Assembly (NCBI RefSeq): GCF_009914755.1
Contig: NC_060936.1
From: the human T2T-CHM13v2.0 reference genome, Homo sapiens
Length of the DNA stretch: 64,000 nt
Strand: one strand, 5' to 3'
Below the pieces are notes generated by a model. That model saw only the letters and a list, made by a program, of their open reading frames with translations. It had not been told where the DNA came from and made no database searches. The position numbers were made by a program, and so were the translations under genes. Positions 44,390 to 58,700 of this stretch are shown here, piece by piece (position 1 is the stretch's first letter; every line of letters starts with the position of its first letter).

Positions 44390-44500
44390 CTTTGAGGAGT
44401 TTCAAGCAGCCGCGGCGGCAGCAGCAGCCCTGGACGCAGCAGCCAAGCTCTTCGCTGGCTCCCGGGGGCTCTCCCGGGTTCCTCTCATTGCAGGCTGAAG
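44390..44500 (+). other. PCED1B: Probable non-coding first exon of PCED1B; downstream window sequence would be intron 1
   Basis: Plus-strand donor AAG|GTACCG at 44500/44501; gene identity is from my recall that PCED1B lies head-to-head with AMIGO2, and no PCED1B coding sequence is in the window; start approximate. Confidence 0.55.
44402..44488 (-). CDS. Candidate uORF in the AMIGO2 leader, 28 aa (MRGTRESPREPAKSLAAASRAAAAAAAA)
   Basis: Only minus-strand ATG between the promoter core and the main ATG in the spliced leader; G at -3; TGA at 44402-44404. Confidence 0.4.
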   Translation of the reverse strand: MRGTRESPREPAKSLAAASRAAAAAAAA

Positions 44501-46919
44501 GTACCGCCTCGGCGCTCTGGCCGCCGTGTGCCCGCGCGCGGGGCGCCCCGCTCCCAGAGCCGGGGCCGCGGGAGGGGGCGCAGGCAGCCGGGCGGCAGCG
44601 GGCGGCCCCGCCTCTCCGCACTCGGGAGGCTGCAGGACCCGGGGTTCCCGCGCGCCCGGGGCCGGGAGAGGGGCTGGGGCGCCGGTCCCACCCCTGCGCG
44701 TCCTGCCTCCTGCGGGCGGCAGCTCGGAGCCTGCGGGAGGGAGCAGGCTGGGCGCGTGGTGGGGGGCGCGCGATGCGGAGGGGGCGGCGGCGCAGCCAAT
44801 CCGAGAGGCGGCCGGCGCCCCCTCATACCGCCCCGCGGCCTCGCCGCCTCCTCCCGCTTTCCTCCTCCAGCTCCCACCCGGACCTCTAGAACGGCCGCGC
44901 AGAGCGGGGAGGGGGCAGGGGTCCACACCAGAGGCCCAGACTCTGGTCCTTGAGTCAAGATGCCCAACCCACTCGCCTACCAATTACGTCCCTTCGTCCA
45001 GCTCCAAGCCGGGCGGTAATGGGGTCCAGGAAGGCTAAAGGGGACACGCCCAGCCACCGAGGGAGGGGTCTCACCCTTGGAGACCCACTTCGCGGCGGCC
45101 GCACAGGTCACGTCTCTCTCCCCACCCAGGCCAAGGAATCCCCGGACCTCTTAGAGCTTTGCTTTGGGGCAAGGGCCAAGGAGGCTTTGCCTGCGCCAAG
45201 TGCAGTTGACTGTCTGGGTTTACAAAATAAACCCAGAAGCAGCCTGACGTCTCCGCTCGTTTCTAGGGAGGAGGTCGCGGGGAGGGAAGTCGGGAACGTT
45301 TCCTCTCCACAGGGATATCTGCTGGGAGGAAGTAACCGGGAAATCGCCACGGGGACACCCCTCACCTCCCTGGGAAAGTTCTATCCCTTTCCTGACTCAG
45401 GAGGCGGCAACAGGGATGGTGTCCAATTCAAGAAGGAGGAGGGCAGGAAAGAAGGCTTGGAGCCGACCTTCCGGCTGGAATGCAAAGATAAGAGTATTAA
45501 CCCAAATAATAATAATAATCCCAGAGCAGACCTTTTTTTCTTTTTTCTCTCTTCTCCTTCCCCTCTTCTCTCTCCCTCTCTCTCTCCCTCTCTCTCCTTT
45601 CTCTTTCGTTCTCTCTCTCTCATTTCCTCTGTCTCTGTCCCCGCCACCTCCCCGTCTTTTGCAAGCGTGCTCGTGGCGCGTGCGGGACAGGGAAGTAAGG
45701 GGCGTGTGCGCGGAGGCTCTTCATCCCTTCCGGAGATGCCGCGGCCGACCAGCGCGCTTTGGTTCAGCAAGCACAGAAGGTGCAAGCCGAACAAGGCCAT
45801 TCAGAAATGAGGTGGAGGCTATGAGGCTGATGAGCTCTACGATTAAAAATCCATTTTTGTTTAATTCCAAGATAAGTTTTAACGATGGGATTTGAGTGAG
45901 TCAGATCGCCCATTTGGCCATTATATCCGGATTAAAAGAAATAAATTACTGCCTTGACAAAAGATGCCAACCACAGTGGAATGAAAAGCAACCAAATTGA
46001 GGAAACAGTTGGGGCAGGATAGATAACTTGTAATATTACTTAAAAATAAAAATGATGAGGACAACCAACTCTTCCTCCCCTCCCCCGCGCACCTTTTCAC
46101 TTGAGCAATCTTGAATTTAGTGAAAGTTGTTTCCTACATGGTCCGTGAGTCATTGCTGTGGTCAGGCAGATTTGTTAGACCAACACCTAATTTAAATAGA
46201 ATTGTTTGTGGAATAAAGCCGGGCTAGCACTAATAAATCTAGGCATTTTCAGATGAGGACAACTTGATTCAGATTAATTTATTTCATGAAAGTTGAATTT
46301 TATCATAAGAACACAGCCTAAAATGCTTCATGCAAGCATTTCTTACTGTGTACTTAAAGGGGAGAGGCAGAAGTTGAGATTTTCTAGTATTAGGCCACAC
46401 TTCCTGGGATTCTCAAAAGCTTGGTCTCCAGGACTTCAATTTTATAGAGTTAGAATAGTTAATACAGAGGAATAGAATTAAAATCGCTCAGAGGAATATT
46501 TTTTAAATGACTAATAAATGACCAGGTTTTTGCAGGATTTTACTAATTAACATCGTATTTTAAGGAAACCATGAAGGCAGAAGAAAGACCTGTATTTAAT
46601 GCAAAAATAGTCTAAAAAGAATAAGTGATTCAAAAAAATGGAAACAGGAAGGTTATATTATTATAACTACAGGCATATTGTAGAAACATTATGCAGAGAT
46701 TACACAGCAAAAGTAAACTAAATGCACTCAAAATCCATAGACAAGGCTATTTATCCATTTGAAGACCTGATTTGGGGGATTTCACATGTTTGTGAAAGGG
46801 AAGAACGTTGTAAAAGGATTGAGTTTACTAGCTGGGAGGAAAGAAAGATAAGAGTTGATCTTAAGGTATAAGACGTGACCTTATTTTGTGGAGGATAACA
46901 TTTTTATCTTTCTAGCATC

Positions 46920-47065
46920 CCTTCTCCTTCTAACAGATTCCCTCTTTCCACTAGAAGGTAAATTCCAAGAGGATAGCAGTTTTATCTGTTTTGTGTATTG
47001 CTGTATTCTCAGCTCTCAGAACCCTGCTTAACACATTCAATAAATTTTTGATAAATGAACTGATG
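46920..47065 (+). mobile_element. L2 3' end
   Basis: actagaaggtaaattccaagagga...caataaatttttgataaatgaa. Confidence 0.55.
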
Positions 47066-47349
47066 AACAGGGAACCTATTCAAAGTGGTTAAGATAACGG
47101 TTTACCCCAACTGAATCTGCTGGTTGCTGTCCTGCCTTTTATGCTTTGAAAGCTTGTCTTAAAAAAAAGGAGAAGAAAGAGAAAGAGGAGTCCTGTAAAT
47201 GTTATTTGAGTCCTGGATCTGGTAGTACCTGAAGGCCACTGCATACTTTTACTTCCTTTTTAATTATATTTTCCACCCCACCCCCTTTTTTAGCTTAAAT
47301 TATTTTGAGTTGCATGTCACTTGTGACGGACAGAGTACTAACACATGTA

Positions 47350-47480
47350 ATGATGGTGATAATAAATATGTACTGAGCCTTTATTATATGCCAGACACTG
47401 AGCTATGCGTTTTACATGCATTATTTCATTTATTGCTCACCACAGCCCTGTGACATTATATAATCCTATAACCCAGATGG
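47350..47480 (-). mobile_element. MIR relic
   Basis: tactgagccttttattatatgccagacactg...catgcattatttcattt. Confidence 0.6.
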
Positions 47481-48684
47481 TAAACAACTGTGTTCCAAAT
47501 TATTTGAAAATGAAATGGGATGCAATTATCTCAAGGTTCTATTTGAAGGATTTAGATTAAACAGAAGAGAGACGTTTCTGCCAGGGTGGTTCCAACCTGG
47601 AATGGGTTGCCAAGACAGATGGTTGAGTTGCCTTCTCAGGAGTTTAAAATAGGATGCGATAGATATTCCTCTGGCCTCTTCCACATGACATAATACATTG
47701 GAATTTTTGACCATTCAGTAATGACTCCAAGGGATAGTAGAATGTGGCTTGACACTTGACATAATTCTGAATCTAGTATGCTGAGAAGGGGGTGTGGTCA
47801 TGTGAGTGTCTAGCTGGGTTTGGAAATACTATCTGCCTGAGGCAGTAATTTGAGGTGATGAAATCACAGGAGTTCTAGCCCTGTAATTTCCACAATTTCT
47901 CAGGTTGTAATCAAAGATTTAAGTAATTAGAGATATGAGACAAGAAATTAATAGCACATGTTTGATGATTCTAAGTCATTTTTACTAATAATTAACACTT
48001 CAATAGCACTTTATGTCCTAAGAAGGGCTTTCACATTCTTTATCTCCTTTGACTCTACCACGCGTCCTGTAGTCAGGTGGAATTTATACACTGGCAGATA
48101 TCTTGTTGCCTCTTTTTTCGGCGTGAGGCACACTGGGTGTTCTTTGGAGATGGAGCTCACTGGGGTCACTGATTGCTGCATGCAGGAGCTTCCTGTGGAG
48201 TTTCATCACTCTGGCGGGCAGCACTCTTAATAGGATTTTTACAGTGTAACTTAGCTTGAACCCACAAGAAAAACATACCTTTGCCCAACAACTATGGAAG
48301 TGCACTCAGCTCCTACAGCATCCTGTTCTTCTCTTGGCCTGCTCCAGTTGGTTTTTGTAAATTGCCTAAGATTTTTTATAGAACCAGATCTCTCACCCCA
48401 TCCTGTGTCTTTCATTATATGGAGATACATTTTCTGGGAAAACTCAGACTCCAGCTCCTGTGCTTTCTGAACTCCAGGAGGCATGGGTCAGCTTATGGCA
48501 TGTTTCTCTGGACGCTCCCTTTACTTGGCTGGAAATGGGGGGATAGAATGGGAGTATTCAGTATTCTGCAGGAGGTACTGCATGTCCTCCCCAGGAAGAG
48601 CTCACAATGGGGCTACTCTTTAAGCAGTCTCCACTCACTCATCTGGTTGGTCTGTCTCTTATCTTCATTGACATAGGCTGGACA

Positions 48685-49385
48685 GTTTTTTGTTTTTTAA
48701 TTCACTTGAGATAAAATCCACATGACATAAAATTCACCATTGTAACAATTTTAAAGTGCGCAGTTCAGTGATTGTTTAATATATTCACAATACTGTGCAA
48801 CCATCACCACTATCTTAATTACAGAATACAGATGCTCCTCAATTTACAATGGGATTACATTCCAAAAAAAACTCAATAAATAAGTTAAAAGTGCATTTAT
48901 TACACCAAATCTACTGAACATCATAGTTTAGCCTAGCCTGCCTTAAATGTGCACAGAACACTTACACTAGCCTACAGTTGAGCAAAATCGTCTAACACAA
49001 AGTCTATATTATATTTAAAAAAGTGTTGAATTGCTCATGGAATTCATTGAATACTATACTGAAAGTGAAAAACAGAATGATTGTATGGGTACTTGAAGTA
49101 TGGTTTCTACTGAATGTGTATCACTTTTGCACCATTGTAAAGTTGAAACATCCTAAGGCAAACTGAACCATCATAAGTCAGAGACTGTCTGTATTTTCAT
49201 CACCCCAAAAAGAGGTCCTATGCCCATTAAGCAGTTACTCCTATTTCCCTTTCTCTCAGCCCCTGGCAACCACTAATGTACTTTCTGTTTCTATGGATTT
49301 GCCTATTCTGGACATTTTATATAAATGGAATCATTCAATATGTGTTTTTTTGTGTCTGGCTTCTTTCACTTAGCATGTTTTCTAG
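48685..49385 (-). mobile_element. L1M (L1MB-like) 3' relic hosting MER47A
   Basis: cataaaattcaccatt...ctatggatttgcctattctggacattttatataaatggaatcat. Confidence 0.7.
48829..49191 (+). mobile_element. MER47A (TcMar-Tigger MITE)
   Basis: Terminal inverted repeats cagatgctcctcaatttacaatgg / ccatcataagtcagagactgtctg with TA duplications at 48827-28 and 49192-93. Confidence 0.85.
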
Positions 49386-49628
49386 GTTTGGACTGGGATT
49401 TTTAGCTAAGGGTTGCACAGAATCTGTTAGGATCACGCTGTTGAAAGACCTGCATAGGTTAGCTGCACTTTAACTTAGAATGTGGTTGTGGGGACCAAAG
49501 TTCCACTTACCCAGAGTCTTGAATTATAGAAGTATTAAAACTCTGTGTGATTGCAGAAACCTACCAAAATTACAAGGTGAGGAGATTTAAGAGGTGATAT
49601 AAAATTTAGCTTCAGCAGAAAACATTTA

Positions 49629-49941
<313 letters not shown>

Positions 49942-50697
49942 TTAACCTCTCCAGGAACCTCAAGAGTTAATTGAGGATGTAACAATTGACTATTTCTAAA
50001 GTTCCTTTCAGCTTCAAAAAATTCACTTGATTTTCTGATAACAATGTGTCCTCTGTTGCCCAAGTCCCGGGAACCCTGGGTTTTGTTTCTTCACCTGCCA
50101 GTTAGCACTGCCCTGGGCAGACACAGACTCCTCTTCTCTCTCCAGTGAATGACGTCAGTCCCATTGCTACTTCAGGAAAAGTAACTTAAGGCAAGTTCTT
50201 TATAGTTGAGAGGTCACTTTAATCTATTAAGTATTCTATTGTGATGGGTATCACATGTTCATTGCAGTATTTTCTTAATGTGCAACAGGGATGTGGGCAA
50301 ATAAATTCGGGTACATCCATCTGGTATGATATACATTCTTACTGAAATAATGTGGCAGGGGACTATCTGGTGACAAAGCAAAAAAATTACAAAATGGTAT
50401 GGTTCCAGTTTTTGTAAAAGAAAAAATATATATGTATGTTAATTATATGGTATGCATAGATAATCAAATGAAAAATTATGTACCTGTGCCATAACAGTGT
50501 TTCTTTTAACATATTTCTTATTTTTCCTTATCTGTACATCCTATTATTCTAGAGTCCTTTGTGAGAAGAAAAAGTACAATGAAAACTTAATAGTTTTTAA
50601 AGTCATGTGCATCAATGTTTCTGCTTAATTTGGTTCCTACTTCAGAATCAACTACTGTACTTTCAGAGAGAAAAACCCTCTTCTGGCTTCTCAGGCA

Positions 50698-50709
50698 GGA
50701 AGTGACTCA
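50698..50709 (+). promoter_or_regulatory. Composite ETS/AP-1 motif GGAAGTGACTCA
   Basis: Read directly; perfect CRE TGACGTCA nearby at 50150-50157; function inferred only. Confidence 0.4.
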
Positions 50710-53700
50710 GACCTCCCCTGTTTGAGGCATGATAATTGCTGTCCTGCTTTAGCTCTGCATTGTTTATTCGGCGGATATTTACTGAGCGCCCACTGTGTGC
50801 TAGGCGCTATTCTTTAGTCTGAGAATTATAGCCATGCATAAATGCTGCAATAGCCATACAAGTCTGACTAAAATTAGGCACATAATAGACATTTAAATAT
50901 TTCTTATTGCCCAATTGTCCATATTCTCAGCGTTCAGGGTTCAACAAACTTGGGTGTGATCAACTCACAATAGCTATGAGTCCTCCCCGATGGCACATTC
51001 TTAGTCCAGCCTTGGTGAAGGTGGCATGGTCCCCTGCCCACACTGCTTTTTGTTTTTCAATGAGAAATAAAAATAAAAATAACAACTAAAAAGATTTTTC
51101 CTAATTCTTAAAGTACTGTACTATGTGCTTATGGTAAAAAAAAAAAAAAAAAAAAAAAGGAAGTTACAGGAAAAAGAATCAAAGAATGAATGCCATTTAC
51201 AATCTCACTGGAAGGTTACAATTTCTGCTCAAAGAATAAATCCATTGAAGTGAGGAACCTGAGAAGTTTGCAAAAGGATGATCTTTTTTCTTTGTCATAA
51301 TTATATAATGAGAGAAACAAGCAAACCTCTTTTTAAATACTTTAACATTCTCAGCTTTAGGAATAAAATAAGCAGATGAAAATTAGCTTTAAAAAACTCA
51401 GTGTGTCAAAACTATGCATCTAGAATTATCGTTATCTCTTGAGATTTTGGTCATAAATGGCAGGTGCTCTAGTTTTTATTTTGCTCATTGTTAGCCTGAA
51501 GAGGTCATCTGATTGAATTCTTAAACGCTATTATATCCCTCAAAACTGGAGTTAATTTTGCCTCTCTGATAAATATGGATAATATTTAACAAACCCAGTT
51601 TAGAGAACTATATGAAGCATTCAGAGTCCTATTTTATGCCCTTTAAAAAATTGGATTTCCTGTAGCAGTAACTAATTTATCATAGCTTTATAAAGGGAAT
51701 CTAATTATTCAAAGTAATATCTAATTTGAAGCAGCCATTATTCACCAACCAACGTTAACACTAAACAAAATAAAATTGAGAGAGAAAAGAATCAGCTCTC
51801 TCCATTATACAGTCAGCACTATTGCAAATACTTATTCAATTACTTTCAGCAAACACAAGGCCCTCTGTGGTGGCTGCTCCATGGGTAATTTGCTCTGGAA
51901 CTCTGACCTTTCAGTTTGTGACAGTGAAAAGAAACATCACATTAATATAGGAGAAGATAGAAGGACCTCTCGAAAGACCCAAGAAAGTGGTCTTGATAAT
52001 AATACCTACCACTTATTATATTCTCACCATATACCAGGCTTCTCATTTAATTCTTATAAAGGGCTTCAGAGATGGGCATTAGCATCCCCATTTTCTAATG
52101 AGGGCCATGGGGCTTTGTTGGTTTATATAACCTGCCCAATATTAGTGGTAGAAGCAGATTTCTCACAGAAATCTGCCTTGCTCTGGATTGATGCTTAACA
52201 ATTAGTTCTAATGCTTCCCATTTAGGGAGTAGCAAGGTCAGCCATAATTTAAATTCCATTCAGCAAATATTGTTAGTCCTGGCTACACTCCCAGAGCCGT
52301 GATATGGTTGCTCTCCTCTAGGAATTTGTAGTATTATTAGAAATAATTATAGGATATAAGGTGGTATAGAATTCAATTCCAAATTGGATAAAACCATGAG
52401 CCAAAGTATTTGCAACAGAAAATATATACTTGGGGCATTCAAAAATTCCAAATATTCCAATTCAGAATTTTAGATCTTACTCATTTTGTTGGAAAAGTAT
52501 CTGATTCAACAAAGTAAATTGTATGCAAATAAAAATATAATCTGGGGAAAACCATTAAACGGTCAGAGATGAAAATTTTCTCTTAGAATTAAGAGTACTA
52601 ACATGAATCCCTATTGGTCATCTTATCTGTGGCACTCGCAATAAAGAATTATAAGCAAGGAAAGTAGTGTCTCTCTCCTGCACATACCAAGGAACTGAAA
52701 CACCTTCTAATTAAATGCCAAATAGAGTATTGAATAAAGAATCAAATCCCTGGATTTTGTTCCAGAACATCCATTTATTAACTATATAACTCTAGGTAAA
52801 TGACTCAACCTTTTGGATTCTCAGCTTCCCCTTTGTAAGATGGAAACGCAGTACTAATATGTGCACTGTTTAATTTCACAAAGTTGACTGAGATGAAACA
52901 TGTAAAAAGTGCTTTGGTGAACTATAAAGCTGTAAAAGAGTACTTGCCTTATTGCCCTTGTGCCTTGGATGTGGTCTGACGCAGCACAGATGTTTAACAA
53001 ATGTTTGCTGAACCTAATGGCTAGGTTTATGTGCAAAATAAACAGAGCTGGAGAGGTGTCTCAACACAATGATGTTTGTACTAATTATGTGGCTCCCCCG
53101 AGCCTGGCTGTACCAGAGTCCAGCAGGTCCTCATTTCACTCAGCTCTGCCTTACTCTCCATGGTGCTCTCTCTCAGCTGCTGCAGACTGGAATGAGTCCA
53201 CTGGTCTGCATGCCTAGGCTTCTCAAAACCCCTGGAGACTCGAAGGTGGCATGTTGTGGGGAGCAACCTCAGTGACCTTTAGTAGAGAGTGAGGGTCAGC
53301 AATCTCAAAACACACTGGAGAGTACCCAAAGGGGTTCTGAACTGCATGGAAAGCAAAATAAATAAAAAATAATAATAATCACTTTCTCCAGAGAGCAGTT
53401 TTGACATGCTGCTACTTGCCTCTTGCATTGTGATAAAAATACGTGGTAGGAAATCAATGTAGGTTTCCTTGGCAGCTGTTGTATAGAAGAGGTCAGGTGC
53501 AAATCTGAACAAGTTGCTGAAGGATGAGTCTGCTCACAGGCGTTTCCTACTTCATGGAAACAGCCAGATGATAGAAAACATGCTTAACATGACGATTGTT
53601 CATATTTATCTCAAAGTAAAATTTTCCATTCACTCAATATTTATTAGAACTACTGGATGCCTAAATTCCTTTTGTCTCAATTTCCTTTCCTGGGAAGGCT

Positions 53701-53935
53701 CTAAGAACCTTGGCTCCTTGGCTGTATTTTTAGAAACAGAATATGCATTGCCACAGTGAACATTAATATGTTTGTTTGTAGGGGTACCTGGGTGCAAGAT
53801 AGGCAATAGGGTCTTCAGACAGGGCCGTCTTTATAACATTGACTTAGCCCAGCTTGACAGGTCCAGAAACTTGATATTTTTGGTGTCCCAGGGCTAATTT
53901 TACACATGGAGAGGGACTTAAAATATAAACCAAAA

Positions 53936-54293
<358 letters not shown>

Positions 54294-54554
54294 CTACCTA
54301 TCTGGCATTTATTCTCTGGCTGCAAGAGAGCTTTGGGAAGCCAAGTTTATAATCATAAATATGTTTGGTGAGTGTGAAATAATAAAGAAGAGTAATTCAT
54401 TTGATGACTTGAATGTTTAGTGGTATCAAGCTATTGTGCATGACAAATCCATTGTCACAAGAGAGATACGTTTGCCAATAAGACCAAATATTTAGATGGG
54501 CTGGATAAGACACTGTCATCCCCAGGCAGAAGGCATGAAGCAGTTAATCAGTGA

Positions 54555-54852
<298 letters not shown>

Positions 54853-55675
54853 TGAAGTCTTAATATACAGGAAATACCATGGCCTCATGATTCTGCTCAA
54901 ATCAGAAAATTGCCCTTTCTATTAAAGATGATCTCTCCCTATTCCTTTATCAGCCCAATAACGGAGAATGCAAAGACAATACATCATAAATATGGTAGAA
55001 TGATGATCACACACAAGAGAGGCAAATGGACAACGAACAGAGAACTCATATCAGAAAGACATTATCAGACAGCTGAGGAGCCACGTGGAGAAAAAAGCCA
55101 GTGCCCAGAAGAATGTCATGAGATGCAGGCATTTTGCAGAGCCTCAATAAAATCAATATAAATATGTATATCGAATGTGAACTAAACAATTACATAAGCA
55201 GAAGTTAAGTTCTGTCCAATCCTTCTGATGGAATGCAAAATTCCAACAAAGACAATCATGAGGCAAGAATCATGTACCATGCATAGAACCGGAGTACCAG
55301 AGTAAAGGCAACCACACCCTTGTAACCATCACCCAAATCAAGAAACAGGACATTACCAGCTCTCCAAAAATTCCCTCTGTTCCCTTCTAGTCACTAATTT
55401 CCCAGTGGTAACCACTCTGCTGACATCTAACAACATAGATTAGCTCACCTGTTTTTATACTTTGTATAAATGGAATATATGCTTTTTTGTGTCTGGTTTC
55501 TACTGCTCATCTTTATGTTGGAGAGATTCATCCATACTTTTGTATGTAGTTGTAAATCATTCTTACTGCTACTGATATAGCCCAAATTCTGTGGCTATAT
55601 CACAATTGGTTTAACTATTTTGTTGTTCATGGGCCGGTTTGTTGGAACAACATTGGAATATTTGGAACATTGTTC

Positions 55676-55733
55676 CAAAAATTGGAACAACCATTTGTTC
55701 CAACCATCCAACAAATGGTTGTTCCAATTTTTG
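55676..55733. repeat. Perfect inverted repeat, 24-bp arms, 10-nt loop
   Basis: caaaaattggaacaaccatttgtt (55676-55699) - ccaaccatcc - aacaaatggttgttccaatttttg (55710-55733). Confidence 0.95.
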
Positions 55734-58700
55734 TCTACTAACAAGTACTGTTGCCATGAACATTCTGTTCCCCCAAATTCCCCCCGATTCTAATTCTTTT
55801 GGTGAACATGTGCATACATTTCTAGTAGGTGTATGCCTTGAAATCTGTTTGATGGGTTACAGGTTATGCATATGTTCAACTCTAGTAGTAACTCCCACTT
55901 CTCCAAAGTGGTTGTACCAATTTATTATCCCACAAGTGGTATATGATAATTCTTATTCCTTCACGTCCTTGTCAACACTTATTATTTTCCATCTTTTTCA
56001 TCTTAGCCATTTTCGTGGATAGCAAGTGTTATTTTATTATGGTTTTATGTTATTTTATTATGCATTTCCCTGAGAATTAATAAACAATTTTCTGTATGTT
56101 TATTTACACATCTCTTTTATGAGACTTTTGCCCATTATGCTGTTGAGTTGTTCAACTTTTTCTTATTGACTTGCAGGTGTTCTTTATACATTCTAGATTT
56201 GTGTTTTTTAATCATATATATGTGTGTTTGCATTGGATATAAATTAATATATGTTAATATTTTTCTCTCACCTTGTGGGTTGCCTTTTCACTCAATTTGG
56301 GGGAACAGAAGTTTTTAGTTTCAATGTAGCCAAGTTTATCACATTTTTTCCTTTTATGATTAATGCTTTTTCATTTGCTTATTTTCTATTTAACAAAGGA
56401 TTGCTGACTCCAAGGTCATGAAGATGTTCTACTCTAGAAGTTTTATTGTTTCATCTTTCAATTATTTCTGCAATCTGTCTGGTATTGACTCTTGTGTGTA
56501 ATGTGAAATAAACATTAGAATACCTTTTTTTCCACTTGAATGTTGAATTGACACAGCACAATTTATCTGAAAGATTATCCTTTTCCCTACTGCATTGCAG
56601 GATCACCTTTATCATAAATCATGCCACCATATATGTGCAGGTCTACTTCTGGATTCCCTGTTGTGTTTCATTGGACAGTTATCTGTTCTTGCACTAGTAC
56701 CACACAGTTTTGATTGTCATAACTTTATAATAATAGTTTCTGATATCTCACAGTGTAAGTCCTGTATATTTATTCTTCAAGAATAACTTGATGATTTCCA
56801 ACTTTTACATTTGATATGAATTTTAGGAAAACTTGTCAATTTCTGGAAAAAGAAGAACCTGTAGCTTAGATTTTGACCAAAATTGCATAGATGAATGTAT
56901 TAATTTGGAGAGAACTAACATCTTTACAATATTGAGTCTTCCAATTATAATGATGCATATACTTCCATTTATTTAGCTCTCCTTTAATTTTTCTCAATAA
57001 TATTTTAGTTTTCAGTTAGAGATCTTGCACATCTTTAATTAGATTTATTTCTAGGTGTTTGAGTTTTTTGATGCTATTGTAAATATGTTTTATTTTCTAT
57101 TTGTTTATTGCCAATATATACAAATGCAACTAGTTTTTATATGTTGACTGTATATCCGGTTCCCTTCCTATATTCTCTTATTAATTCTAAGAATTTGTCC
57201 TTAGATTCTCTAGAAATTTTGAATGTGCATGATCTTATTGTCTGGAAATGACAATTTTATTTCTTGCTTTCCAATCTCCATGACATTTATTTCTTTCTCT
57301 GACCTTTTGCATTGGCTAGACCTCCTTCTACAATGTTAGACTGAAATGATGACAGTGGTCATTCTTGACCCAGTTCCAATCTTAGGGGGAAGTTTTCAAC
57401 ATACTACCATTGAGAATGATGTTTGCTACGGATATTTTGTAGATATTCTTTATGAGATTAAGAAAGTTCTGTTCTTAATTGATTACGTGTTTTCATCACA
57501 AATGGATGTTGAATTTATCAAATGCTTTTTCTGCATTTGAGATGATTGTATGATTTTACTCCTTTTTCTGTTAATGTGGTGAATTATGTTTATGATTTTT
57601 GAATGGTAAGCCACACTTGTACACTTGGACTAAACTTGCACTCCATTTACTGTATCAATGGATTTGGCTTCCTAATATTTTGTTAAGAATTTTTAAGTAA
57701 TGTTTATGAGAAAGATGGGCTTGCAGTTTTCTTTCTCACAATCTTGTCAGGGTTTAAAAATCAAGTTTATGCTATTACAATTTTTTTTAAGTCTGGAAAG
57801 CTCACCTTCTCTTTCTGTGTTCTGGAAGAATTATACAAGACAGCTGTTAATTTTTCCTTAAGTGTTTGGAAGAATTCACTGATAAACTATCTGAGCCCAG
57901 GCTTTTCTTTTTTAAAATAATGGGCTTAATTTTAAAAAAAAATACATCCTAAATTATTGATATTTTCATCTCTTCTCCTGTCAGTCTTGGTAAATTGTAT
58001 TTTCAAAGAGTTTGTTTATTTCATCCAAATTGTCAAATTTATCAGCATAAATTTGTTTTAAGTTTCCTTTTATTGTCCTTTTGATGCTTGTATGATCTAT
58101 AGTGATATCTCCTTTTTCATTGCTGTTGTTGCAAATTTGTTTTGTCTATTTTTTTTTCTTTTGATCAGTCTTCTTTAGATTTTGATGTTTTTAAACAACT
58201 GACTTTGGCTTTATTGTCTTTCTTATATGTTCCTTGGTTTTTGCTTTTATCTTTATCATTTCTTTTTGTAAGTTTGATTCCTGCTCTCTCTCTACTTTCT
58301 TGAAATTAACACTTAAATCATTGATTTTCAGGCTTTTTCCTTTCTAATATGGAATATAAGACTATATATTTCCTTCTAAGCACCATTTTAGTTTTTTCAC
58401 ATGATTTTTCAAATGTGATTTTTATTATTTAAGTTTAAGAACTAATTTCTGTTTTTTTTCTTTATCCCATGGATTATTTAGAGTATATTGTTTAATTTTG
58501 AGCACTTGGGTTTTTCCTGTTGTTGTTATTGATCTTTAGCTTAACTTCCACTGTGGTCAGAGAAGACATTCTGAAAGATGTCAATATTTTGAAATTGTTG
58601 AGACTTTTTTCTTGTTATGATATATTGATTGTAATAAATGTTCTTATGTTCTTTGTATACTTGAAGTGAATATGAAGTGGTCATTAGGTACCATTTTGCA

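Larger units (their letters stand above)
44237..44730 (-). other. AMIGO2: AMIGO2 non-coding first exon (TSS approximate)
   Basis: GC-rich sequence between the donor at 44236 and the GC-box/CCAAT core at 44781-44800; exact TSS cannot be read from the sequence. Confidence 0.6.
44230..45800. promoter_or_regulatory. CpG island / bidirectional promoter (AMIGO2 minus, PCED1B plus)
   Basis: Very high GC and CpG content; GC box 44781-44787, CCAAT 44796-44800 and 44980-44984, AP-1 TGAGTCA 44951-44957 and TGACTCA 45393-45399; interrupted by a CT-rich tract 45532-45640. Confidence 0.9.

Noticed and set aside
43939-45895. Many long overlapping ORFs (316, 286, 193, 179, 170 aa and others)
   Set aside because: Expected stop-codon depletion in a CpG island and CT tract; Arg/Gly/Pro/Ala-rich in several frames on both strands with no domain similarity
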